Source: a virus
DNA: 64,000 nt
Virus record (IMG/VR): IMGVR_UViG_3300006793_000015
Span: 1-64,000 of that record
Reading direction: 5' to 3' (one strand)
Part shown: in pieces, positions 37,642-50,300 of the stretch
Layout of the letters: every line of letters begins with the position of its first letter
Position numbering within the stretch: the stretch's first letter is position 1
Notes under the pieces: model-generated
Told to the model about the DNA's origin: nothing
Databases searched by the model: none
Seen by the model: only the letters and a program-made list of their open reading frames with translations
Translations under genes and position numbers: made by a program

Positions 37642-38313
37642 TTAAGTTGCGGAACTTAGGTTTGTAAGCGTTTGAATGCGTATTGTATAGTCGATTTGAA
37701 TCAAACGGTTTAATGACTTCTGTACAGGGTGGAAAACTACGTGTGTAAGTAAGTTACCCTCGCCTAACACACCTTCCCAACTCTTTAGGCCTAATTCGTC
37801 AAATACATACGTGCCGTCTAGTGAAGCAGAGTTATCAAATGCTTCTTGACCTGCTGGTTCACCGTAATCTAGCAAGCATGAAACTAAAATATCGGAATAA
37901 ACTGTGCCTGCAACGTGACTGACAGTCATTTTGTTTCGTGTTGGATCTGGATTGGAACTACTAGTATCGTCAACAACCTTATAATAAGTTTTATTGTATA
38001 AGTCTGCCGAACTGCCTGAGTTATTTGCAGGTAGGTATGTAATGATACCAGTAGTAGATACTGAGGTACCACCGTTACCAAAATGCATTTCGTGAATAAA
38101 CCCTGTTGTCTTATTAGCGACGCTCTGTGCCAGTGCTAAAGAAAAGTTTTCATAATGAATAGCGTTACGCTTATCTACAAAAACCTCTTCTGTTTCGGGA
38201 TCAAAGATTTTAATGTGACCTTCAATGTTCACACTAGGAATTTCATTAGGTTGTTTTGTTTCCATATCTTGTTTTTCTTCACTTTCGTTGACTTGTTTAT
38301 TTTCATTTTCCAT
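37642..38313 (-). CDS. Virion structural protein (baseplate/fibre attachment)
   Basis: GHIKI..NAIH, FGNGG, FDELGL, HPVQKS..IDYTIRI; lies between giant wedge and fibre genes; ATAAATA 6 nt before ATG. Confidence 0.65.
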   Translation of the reverse strand: MENENKQVNESEEKQDMETKQPNEIPSVNIEGHIKIFDPETEEVFVDKRNAIHYENFSLALAQSVANKTTGFIHEMHFGNGGTSVSTTGIITYLPANNSGSSADLYNKTYYKVVDDTSSSNPDPTRNKMTVSHVAGTVYSDILVSCLLDYGEPAGQEAFDNSASLDGTYVFDELGLKSWEGVLGEGNLLTHVVFHPVQKSLNRLIQIDYTIRIQTLTNLSSAT

Positions 38314-38330
38314 CTGAAGTATTTATCCTA

Positions 38331-41300
38331 TTAATATGCCTTTGGAGTAGTTAACGGTGCTTCCTTAAGGAATTTTGCCTGTGCTGACGTTGCTAAACCT
38401 AAACCTTGGCCGTTTGTTGCTGTACTTGTGCCTTGATCATACCATACATTAGTATGTGCTTCAGTCTTACCTGGAATTGCTTGTTGCTTACTTCCATCAA
38501 CAACTTCAGTTTGTGCGTTATAAGTTGTTTGGACACCTGTGCCCCAAGTTCCTCTACGAACTCGTTTTAATGTATTTCCGTCAATTTCCCAATATTCTAT
38601 TCTCTCGCCTCCAATGAATATCACACCTGGAATACCATTTGTTGGTTGCGGTGTTAATAACTTGGATGCGTCAGTAACACTAATTGTTAAATCTGTGTAT
38701 GCAAGATCTGTAGATAATGTTGTTGTATTTGCTGTGGAAATTCTATAGTATGCAACTTGGTCAAACATATCTTTCCAAATTCTAAATCCAATACCTTGTC
38801 CTTGCTCAGCTTCGGCTCCGCGCATAGTAGTCACTGTGATCTTATCTGATGCTAATATCAACCCACTTAGTGGTGTCATTACCAAATAACCATCACTAGT
38901 GATATAGTAATCATGGTTTGCTATTTGATAAACTCCGTTTAACCATACCCAAGCATAGTTAGTGTTGTATTCTTCCATCATTACTCTAATATCGTACACT
39001 GGTGTAGCAATAGAAACGCTAATATCGCCGGCGTACGCAATATCATCATATACGACTGTGTCAAACCTTTCAAGTCCTGTTGAGGTTGCAATTGATGATC
39101 CCTCAATAGTAATAGTGTTTCCTTGGCTGTACTTTTGATTAATATATGACTGTACAAAAACTGAATCACTAGTAGATGCATTAGCAGTTCTTGATAACCC
39201 TGTACCATCTTCTAAAATAATACTTTGATCATTTTCAATCCAGTACTGCCCGTTTCTAACAGATATAGCAATCTCTAAGCCGTCTGCAGGTGCTGTGACA
39301 AATGTTATTTCTGCTCTTGCTGGAGTTCCTGTAAACGTATAATCTGTTGTGAGTGTCTTTAACTCTCCGCCAACGTGTACTTGAATGTCTGCATCAGTTG
39401 CTAATGCGTAGTCTACTGTTGGATTAGATGGACTCGCAAATACAGTTGTGCTACCATCACCAGTGTAATATTCTGTGTCACCTGGTGCTAGTCTAGTCTT
39501 GTTTAAGTATACAACTACTTTAGCATAATCCGGACCTTGCTCTATAAACTGTGCTGGATAAGTTAATATGTAATCTGTAGGCCATGTTGTTAGTGTTGGA
39601 AGAGTAAATTCTTCCGAGTCAACTCTAATATAAGGTTGTGGAATACCAATTTTATCATCATAAACTGATGCGGTTGCCGTTGCTTGCACACCCCCTGCTC
39701 CAGGAGTGCCTATTGTAACTGTTGGCGCACTAGTATATCCTGTGCCTACGTTTGTTATAATAAATCCTTCAACTTCTCCGTTGTCGTTAACTACTGCGGT
39801 TGCGGCTGCGTTTGAGCCTACACCACTAATAGTAACTGTTGGTGGATTGCTAGGATCATATTTAGATCCTGGATTTGTTACTTCTAGTCCAGACATGTTG
39901 AATGTATGTACTCTTATTCTAGAATTAGCAATAGGAGCGGCATCAAATGTAATTTTTGTTCTCTTATAATAACTAGTTGCTGTATAAGATTGATTGCCAC
40001 CATTGACTGTAACATATAAACTTTGCGCGTATTGATATGGAACATTGACAATAAACTCAGTTGTTGATTCATCACCAACAAAGTCTTGCTGGAATGAACT
40101 AAAGTTTTCACCGCCCGTTTCAACTAAAACAATATGTACTAGTTGTCCATTCAACGCAGGTGAATTTAAGTTAACTGTGTTGTTAGTAAAATCTAATGTA
40201 TAATCAACTAAGCGAATTTTTAGTACGTTATCAACATATACCTCTGCGCCAAATGACGCAGTAGGTAAGCCGCCTAAGTCACTGAAATTGTAAGCAGTGG
40301 TTGAGCCATTGCCATTATACGTATACTTTCTAACAGTTACACCTGAATTTCTTGGAGTAGGCATTTCATACACTTTCATATCCAGTGTATCAAACAATCT
40401 ACCTGGAATTTGTTCTTCAGGAGCATGTGATGTGTATGTTGTAACAAATCCATCACCATCGACTACAACATTAGCAGGGTCAACACCGCCAGTACTGCTA
40501 AAATCACCGCCGCTCATATCTGTGTCAACAGACGCGATAACCCTAATGCCTTCTTCTGTTATAGCAAAGTCATCAAAAGCATTTCTAGCATACGCGGCTC
40601 TGTCATAACCAGGTTCTAAACTAAACTCCGCACCAAGGACCTTGTTTGCTTTATACTCCAAACCTGATTCGGATATAACCGCTTCATAAGTTGGAGTATT
40701 TACCTGCTCGTTTTTCCAGTTCTTATCACTGTTTGTGCCTGTTTGCCCACCTGCGTAATAAAGTGTTAAACGATCACTGTTCTTTTTACTTGTTAGTTCA
40801 TGATTTGGCTCTAATCTATTGTACGTAGTAAATGAAATTGTTGCGGTTGCTGTAGCATTTGAACCTCCGCCACCGCTAATAATAACAGTAGGGGCTGTTT
40901 GGTAATCTCTGCCTTGTTGAGTGACTGTAATTCCTGCTACTGCGCCGCTTGAAATATTTGCTACTGCCTGTGCGCCTGTGCCACCAAGTCCGGTGCTCAC
41001 TGCCGTTGCCCTTGCTTCTGTTATTGGATTAGGGTCAGTTGGGCTATTTTTTATAAACTGTACAAATGGAGTTTTAGTATATCCACTGCCAGGCTCTGTT
41101 ACTGTAACACTGGTCACTGAACCATCAATGTCTAACACCAACGACGCAGTTGCTTGCACTCCGTTTAACTCATCTGGTGGTGATATTACAATCAATGGCG
41201 CCACTGAGTAACCCATTCCCTTTTCTGTTACTGTAATTTCTGAAACAGTTCCTGTTATTGTAACTGTTGGAATTGATGTGTATCCTGTGCCGCCAGTATC

Positions 41301-44300
41301 TACAGCAATTGTTTTAACATGTCTAGGGCCATCCACACGATCAAACTTAATTGTTTCTAAAATATCTCTTACTTTAAAGTTTTCTAAGTTAGCGTATACT
41401 ATCGCGCCGCTACCTGCGCCGCCTTGTACTGTAACTTTAGGCGTGGTTACATAACCTGTCCCAGGATTTGTTACAGTGACTGATTCTACTTCATCTAAAC
41501 CTGGTGACTTCATTACAGGAACAGCGGTTGCGCCGCTTCCGTCTCTATGTGTACCATCTTCTAATGCTGAGAATCTAAAATATCCTTTGGCGGCATTACT
41601 TGCGTCTGTTTGCGTAAAGGTATATGTTGAACCTCTATACAATATTAAATTAGGACGCTCTACACCGTCAATATAAAAATCTGGATTGCCTTCGCCATCA
41701 ACTACTACAGTAACAGCAAATGTTTTTGTTTCTGGAGTGGGTAATGCTGGCTGTACTCTCACCTTCCAACCCATGTCTTTAATATCACTACTGTAATACC
41801 ATAATGTATCTGGGCTATGGGTTGGAATAGTTAAAACTGCTTGCGCGCCACCTTCTCCTGGTCTTACCAGGCTAGTGTATGAATATCCAAGTTCCCATTG
41901 GGCACCACTTTCAATAATAACTACCGGAGGAGTTGTTGTTGTTTCTTTACCATCATACTTCGTTGTATCATATGATGACTCTGCATACTCTGAAAGATCA
42001 GTTGTGCCGTAGCCGCTACCACCATCAACAACAGTCATAGATTCAATATGCTTAGTGTAATGATTGGACCAATTGACCCATGGGCCAGTCTGCATTCTTT
42101 CGTCATCGTCTGCGTTATATACATTTGGTGAACGGAATATTTCTTGTGTCGCATCCCAGTAACCTGGAAGATCAAAGTCTGTAACCGCAGTCAATGCTAC
42201 ATCAAGGTATGGATATCTATATACATACTCTCTTAAATTTGTTCTATATGGTTTTGCTTCCTTAATATAATTTTCTATACTATCCTGTACGTCATAACTG
42301 TAGTTTGTAATTTCAGTAAGTTCTCTTACTGTTTGTATTACTTTTACAAAACTGGTTTTAAATGCCCAGTCAATTTGTAGGTTTTGGTCGTGTAGTGCAA
42401 AACGAACTAACTCAAACCAAACTTTATTAAAATGCTCTTCTAATTCATCAATAAACAAATTGTCTTGTAACGCACTAACGATGTACCTCAGTTCTTGTAG
42501 AGGTTCTGTTAATGTATATAGTTCTGTCTTTAATTTAACAGTTGCATTTTCTTCGCCTATTAAAGTATATGAATCAGAGCCTTTTACATATAGTTCCCAT
42601 CTAGATTGACCATTATTAATTACTTTTACCACATCACCTATAGCAGTGGTAATTTTTTCTAAATCGTTTCTTAGAGGAACAATTTGATCAATAACTGTGT
42701 TGCTACTATAGTTAGTAGCATACCAATCTACATAATCCCAATATTTGGTTGTGTCATATTTTTGTTTTTTATTAAAATTCCACAATCCTTGTGCTGTTGA
42801 CCATGAATATGATGTCCAATAATTTTCTCTTGTTTCGTCTTTCCTAACTATTACAGTGTAACCTTCTGAAACTGTATTAGTGTTTATATACGTTAATTCT
42901 GTATATGTTTCTACAATTTCATTGTAGCCAGTTGATGGAATTGGATCTGCGGTGCTAAGAGTAGTTAGATCAAAGTCTATCGCCATTTTATTAGTTGCAA
43001 ATACTGTATTACAGTAATTAACTAAAATTTTAATAGCGCCTGCTTTGTCAACAAACATTGTTTGTCTTGGATAATTTAATATTCCGTAACGTTGTCCAAT
43101 ACGCACTGTTGGGTCAGGTACACTTTTTTCTGTAATATCTAAACCAACTAAACTATCTGATAGTTTAGTTACCAAGTAACTATTTGGTTTAGACAATTTA
43201 TTATCTCTTTGCATTAACTGCCATTCAGTGTGTAAAGGAATATTATTTTTCTTTGTGTCATAATTAACGCTGAGTACAATATTCTTGTTAACTAGGTTTT
43301 TATTTAAATTATAACCAACAATTGCGTTTTGAGCAACTACACCTATATAAGCAAGTCCGTTACCTTCCGGATCTTTTAACATGTTAGCAACTGTATTGGC
43401 TGGAAGTTTTCTTGTTGCGGCTGGTATAAAACTTTGCAACTCTAATTCTCTTCCACGTGATGTAAATCTAATTTGTCCTGTCGCGTCTAAATATGCTCTA
43501 GATTTTTGTGGAATTGATGTTTTATTTTTAACCCAGTAATAATATACTGATTCAAGTAAGCCTGTTGCGTCGTCTTTTCTAACGTATTCAACATAAGCAC
43601 TATCGCTCGCAAACTTAGGAGTTCCGTCGCCATCATATACAGCGTAACTTGAAGGCAACGTATCACTTTCTACCCACTCATATACGCTAATTTGTGTGCC
43701 TGGGAATAGTTTACCCCATGATTTTTTTCTATACTCCAAATCACCTTGTTCATAATCAACATACTTGGTGTTTGTTAAATCCCACCACAATGTTCCAACT
43801 TGGTTAGGTCCCCAATGGTTATCTGAGTCTGTGGTCACTGTAGTATCTGTGGCCACATTATAAACTGCTGGATCATAGAATGTTTTGAAACTTATTTCTT
43901 GGTTTACAACGCCAGGTATCTTTCCTTTTACTGGATCCAAGTAGTCAACATAGTTTATAAACTTATTAGTTTTCTGATTGTATGTGAATACTTGATTAAT
44001 TGTGTCAATGTCAACTCTGGAATTTTGTTGTCGCTTAACATTCCAGGAGCCTTTGTTATTTGCGTCAATCGCCTCTAGTACTGAACCAGTATTAGACGTA
44101 TACTTACTAAACTTAATAGTATACGCAAGCGGTGGATTATCAAATGTAACTGTGCTATTAGGTGATGCATTGTCGCTTGTAAAGCCAGATAATATCTTTT
44201 TATCATTAATAGTAACTTCAATATTATCAGTACTATATTGTCCAGTTATTGCAAATGCTGTAGTTACACCATCTCCAATTGTTGTCTCTGTTTCGAAGTA

Positions 44301-47300
44301 ATCATCTCCTGGAGCACCAACGAACGCGGTGTTATTTGTTAATGTAATGCCTGAACCGTATTTGTCATACTGTCTGCGTTCTCTCCAATCTAAACGTTGA
44401 ATTAAACTGTTTGTCATATCGCTATTAATATCGTATATTAACGCAGACCCTGACTCTAATTGGATATCACTAATTGCCGTATTAGACTGATCAAATGTTG
44501 TTAAACCGTCATCTATACCTATCTCAACAATTGAGTTTCCTGCTGGACTACTAATTAACAATTTAGAAGCGTCTTCGTTAAACTTTATTCTTTCTCCATA
44601 ATAAGCGTTTTGTAAACCGTCTGGATGTACTAACGATGCTTTAAATTCATACAATGTAATACCAATTGCTGTAAACACTGCCACACCATTTGTATTACCT
44701 ACTGTAATACTAAGTTTATTATTTGTTGTGGTGCTAGTACTAGTAATTTTTAATTTATTATCCGAAGTGCTTTCTGCGGTGATGAATGTAATACTTGCGT
44801 CATTAATATCTTGTACAATATCAGTCAATGCTGTACCTGTAAATGTAACCTGTGTGCCGTTAATAACAATTTGATCACCAATACCAACAGTTGGATTAGC
44901 AACTGTTCCTGTTATTGTACCAGTTACTTTCATATTATTAATAAAGTAGTCTACTTCACCTGTATTATACGCTAAGGCAGCAGTTGCTCCTATGTAGGTG
45001 TAATCTGCACCTGTGGCACCAACTGCGACAATGTGACCACTGTCGCCTGATTCTACTTGCTTACCAAAAAATTCCAACTCGCTTGTTATGTTACTAGAAA
45101 GTTCTTGAACTTCGCTATACGTTTCGTTAGGTGACTTAGCATAAACTTTAGTGCTTCCTACTTGCAATTTTCCGCCGGCTGCTTTGTCTGGCTGGCCGAC
45201 AAATGCAAAATCTCCATTATCGTTTATAGCAACACTTCTACCAAAGTCTGTTGCTGATGCTCCTGATAGAGTTTGAACCTGATAAAAATAATTTCCAGTA
45301 CGCATCTCAACATTGTTAGAACCTAATGGTGGGAAGGTAACAAATGTAATTGTTCCTGCTCCTAATGTATAATCTAATCCTTCAATTTTAATTTGTCCAT
45401 CAACATACACTGTAACTTCTCTATTGTCACTGTATGATATTGTTGTCGCAAACGTTGGAGTTGCGCCTGTTCCGTTAAAGAACTCACTATTCGTTGTCGT
45501 AACAGTATTTGTTAGTCCATAAATGTGTGCCTTTAACTCTCCTGGCTCGCCAATAATCATATAGTTTCCGTTGTTACTAAGAGCAACATCATAACCAAAA
45601 TATCCATTTACTGCTGGCGCCGGTGATCGAAGTATATCAAATGCCTCATATGTTTTATCATCTTTTTGTTTTAAAACAATAACATAGCCTTCGTTACTAT
45701 TACTTCCTGGTGCTGTTGTTACAACGTAATCGTGTTCTTTAGTATTATCAAATCGCCACCCAAGAAGTCCGCTGTTGCGAAGTTTACTGCCGTCAATTAT
45801 ATTACTGTCAAAAGCAAAGTCTGCCGGCACTAAGGCAACCGTCTGTGTATTACTACCTCCTGGATCTTTAGGAACGGTATCTGCTTCTAATACAGGATAT
45901 TCCTTCATTGTTGGTCCTACTACGTAAGGATAAACTACAGAACCATCTACCTTAATTGTCAAAAAGTATGCGTATGTGCCGTCTGGATAATCAGGAGTTA
46001 CACCATAACGTCCATTGTGTTTGTCTAACGTGCCTGATCCATCTGAATAATAATAATCTTGTATAAAAGATCCTTTAGAATATTGGGTATAATTGTATTC
46101 TCTATCAGCAAGAGGAGCGTCATGTAACAAGTATGATGAGGTCATTCTTACTGGTGTTGTAGCAGAGTTAGTAGGAGTTTGATATCCAAAAGGTCCATAA
46201 ATTGGATAACCATCATAAGCATAGCCAATTATTTTAGAGTGCCCATCCGCGTGTCTCCAATGATCGCCGCTGTAATTAGTATCATTATAATAACTATTTT
46301 CTAAGTATACGCTGTCATTCCATTGGCTTAAAAACTTACCACTATAATAATTATAATGGTTGTCATCCAACGGTTGTCCGTCGCCACTGTCCAGTCCTAA
46401 TTTGCTTCTGTTTACTACAGCGTTCCATTGCCAATTTAATGGTGCTTTTCCTTTGGCACTGCCAGTGTCGTTAGTTAATTCTCCTTCAACTATAGGACTT
46501 TTAATAGTAACACCAGTTGCTGTAATACCAATACTATCACTTCCAATTTCTCTTGGAGTAGTAGTTGTGGTATTTGTTCCAACACGGATGTTTATAGTGT
46601 GTTCAAAAACTTTTGGTGTAACTCTATTAGAATTACTATCATTTGGAAATGTACCAAAAGATGATGGCTGTGGCAATCCGTCAGTATTAACAGTTAACAA
46701 GTATCCAGAGTTGTTTAAGTAACCTGACGTTAGTGAACCATCGCCACTTACAAAAATACTCTTAACATCAAATACTGTTTTGATGTCTCTTGTCCATTGT
46801 TCAATGTTGCCTGCTGAGGTGCCATCGTACACTGATCCTACTAATAATGTGGAAGTGTCTTTGTTAGTGGAAACTGCCTGCCCAAATCCAGTATTAATTG
46901 CTTTACTGTTAGGATATATTTGCTCTCTTAGCGTGTAAGGATTCTTTTTCTCTAATACTGCCCATTTCCCTGTATCAGCGTAGTCATCAACCCATGCTAA
47001 ATCACCGTCTTGCCAACCATATCTTGGTTCATCTGTTCCGTATAAACTGTCTGAACTATTATATCGAGCATTGGATAATACTACCATCTCGCCGCGTGTT
47101 ATAGTAGGTGCTTGTGAATCACCCAAACTTGCGTATGGTTCCAGTGACGTTGTTGCGTGTAATTTTAGTACATAAAGTCCGTTGGAGGATAAGTTTTCTT
47201 TTACTTTGTAAATTCCACTAAAATCTACTCCACTGTTTGACGTGCTTGTCCAGCGTCTTAAAATAATATATTCGCCTACTAGTATGGTACCAATGGGATA

Positions 47301-50300
47301 CAAAAATGCAACAGTTAATTCATTGTCGTTATCTTTAGATACACTTATAGGTGAATTCCCTGCGTTAGTAATTCTATATACTGCCCAATCTTTTGAATCC
47401 TCTTTAAACTGCGGTGGGAAACTGTCAGCACTAGAGACCCAAACTTTGTCACCAATTGCTAACGAATTAAGATACGCAGTTTTTTCAGTTAGTACTATAG
47501 ACTCACCTACTCCAGTTACTACGAAGTTTTTACCTCTATAACTGGACGGTATAATTTGTGTGCTATCAAAACTTACTACGGCACCATTATATAATGTAAC
47601 AGAGCCACTAGTAGTATAACTTGTTCTTCCAATTAACTGTGTTTCGATATTAATTGTTTCTTCTATTATAATAGTGTTAGAAGAAACCCACTCTGATAGG
47701 CTAACAACTGAATGTTTCGTATCGTCAGTTCTTACATACCCTGCTGTTGGAAGGGTTAGTCTATCATCTATTGTGTCTGATTCTATAGAGAATATATTTT
47801 TATTAAAGTGTAATGGTTCTAATGGCTTTTGGTAAAGATCGCTTGGACGAACTGTAATATTTTCATTCTTATATTGCTCGTCAGCATTAATAAGCTCTAT
47901 TAAGTCAGGACTTTCTTTAAATTTATTCTCTTCTAAGTAAAAATCAATACTTTGTGTGCTGTCTACAGAACCATACTCGCCAATTCTAAATGCCCATTCC
48001 TCGTATAAGTTAATTGAGGTATCCAAAGCAGGAACTTTTGCTCTGAGCAATTTATCAACAACCGCTGTTGTTCCTTTTTCTTTAATAAATCCTTGATAGA
48101 ATTTCTTTTGAGCAGTTTCGTCAATCTGCAGATTCTCTAAATATTTTCTACTTTGGTAACCTATTAGGTTAGAAGAAAGTTTCTCAGTGCTAAACTTCCT
48201 CACATCTTCTTCAATCTCGTAGAAGGCTCTAAACTGATCTGCTTTTGTATCCAAGTTAGGAAGCAAGCCAGTGTTAACTTCATCTAGTAGTTTCCATTTG
48301 CTAAAATCAAACTTTCCTTGTTCTGTTAAATCCGACGGAGCGTGTTTTATATTAGCGACATAAAATTTACTTTTAAATCTTATAATCTCGCCGAGTTCAT
48401 AATTATTGTTAACATCCCAATCATCAACGCTGTCATCTAATAAGACATAGCCTGGCAATTGTTGCGTTCCGTCCCACAATCTTGTCTTATAGCCTACTAA
48501 CTTAATTCTGTTTTGTCTGCTACCAGTGGTTAAGTTCCAAATAACATCATTAAATACAGTTTCATTTTCTACAATTAACAAATGTTCTGTTTGTATTGGA
48601 TTTAAGACGCAAGCGTATACACCATCTACTTCTTGGCTAGTGCTTAATTCAAATGTGTTATCTTCTCTCTTATAAAATAAATCTTGAACTAAAATCTTTT
48701 GCTTGTTTTGGTTGATAACTGATGACGGAATAATCTCGCTAGTTAAACTTCCGACCTGTGCGTTACTTAGATTAAACTTTAGAACTGAGCTACCAGCACT
48801 CATTGTAAGCATTGATCCGGGACCAAAGTTTGTTTGTGTCCAGTATAAAAATTCAACTCCTGACTGATCCCAATCTTCAACTAGTCCAAAATCATCGCTA
48901 ATATTATCAAATTGTAAACCAGTAGACTCTAAATATCTACCATAACTAATAATAAAATCATAAACATCTTGTATAGTTTTGTATTCTGTTCTATAAGGCA
49001 CTTTGGTTGGAGTATTTTTAAAATCTCCATATCGTAATACTGTAACTCCGCCTTGCGTTGGAATTTGCTGAGTCCTTGTTAAATATTGCCTATCATTTTC
49101 AAAATCATCTGTTGATGAAAAAGGAATATTAACAATGTAATATGACCCAGAGGTTGTTTCTAATATTTGTCCAGCTGCGTAATCATTATTAGGCTCGTAA
49201 GGAACGGTATCAAGTTGTATTCCACCAACTGAAACTTGTCTTTTATTTCCTGAGGTAGTAATACTTTGCAGAACATTAAAGTAAGGAGTATCGACAGAGT
49301 AACCATCAATAATGTAGCCAGACTCAGTTCTTTCAACTATCACACCCGAGTAATTAATTCTTTCTAATGGCTTTCCTTCTAATAGATAAAAGGAATAATC
49401 TTCTTGTGGTATAAACACGTCATTGGAAGAGCGTGTTGGTGAAATTTGCTCAAGTATAATCTTTAACTTTTCTTTATCTGTAAACCCTGCCATTTTATAA
49501 GCAAGATTAAGACTTAAACTATTAAGATTCTCATTAAACTTTATTGTGCTACCGCCCAAGTAAACTGTATAATCAACTATCCAGTTACCATAACCAGCAG
49601 TGTATTCAACAGTACCATCTGCGTTAACAAACCCATGTGTGCTTACTGCGTTAGGAACAATTGGTAACCCAGTGTCCTTGTGTACATAATGTCCTACTAG
49701 GTTTGTGGTTATTTTAGACACATCGTACATTAGTTCAAAATATTTTGCCGGCTTTGTTAACGCCATCAACTTCTGTAACGCGAACGGATAACTGCTAGAT
49801 CTTTTCCATGCTGTTTCAGCCGGACCGTCGTCACCTATTGCCCAATCTGCGCTTGTACTTGAATCAATTCTATCAATTAATCCAACATCTACAGGATGCA
49901 TTAAGTTACCAGCACTGTCTGTAGGAATATAGTTAGCAACTAAACCTGTGCGTTTGTATTTGTCATATGTGCCTGCTTTGGGTCCGGACGCAATCACGCC
50001 ATCCTCTAAGTCTTGCCACAATATTAAGTTATCTCTTGTGTAAGGTGCTGGGCCATAAGTAAGTTCCCACCACGATGGCTTATCTGTAAATCCAAGCATT
50101 TCCCACGGGCGTGTATGTGGTCTGTCTGTATCATAAAAATACTTGTAAATGCCTCTCCAGTAGCCAGGCAATAATTGTGTCGAATCAAATTTATTCTTTA
50201 TTAAACTATAGTTCCAAGTAAACGGATCGCTTACGTCGTAAGTTGAGTTTGTGATGTAATTTATTCCGTTTTTGTTAGCCCAATTGGATATGTAGGCACT

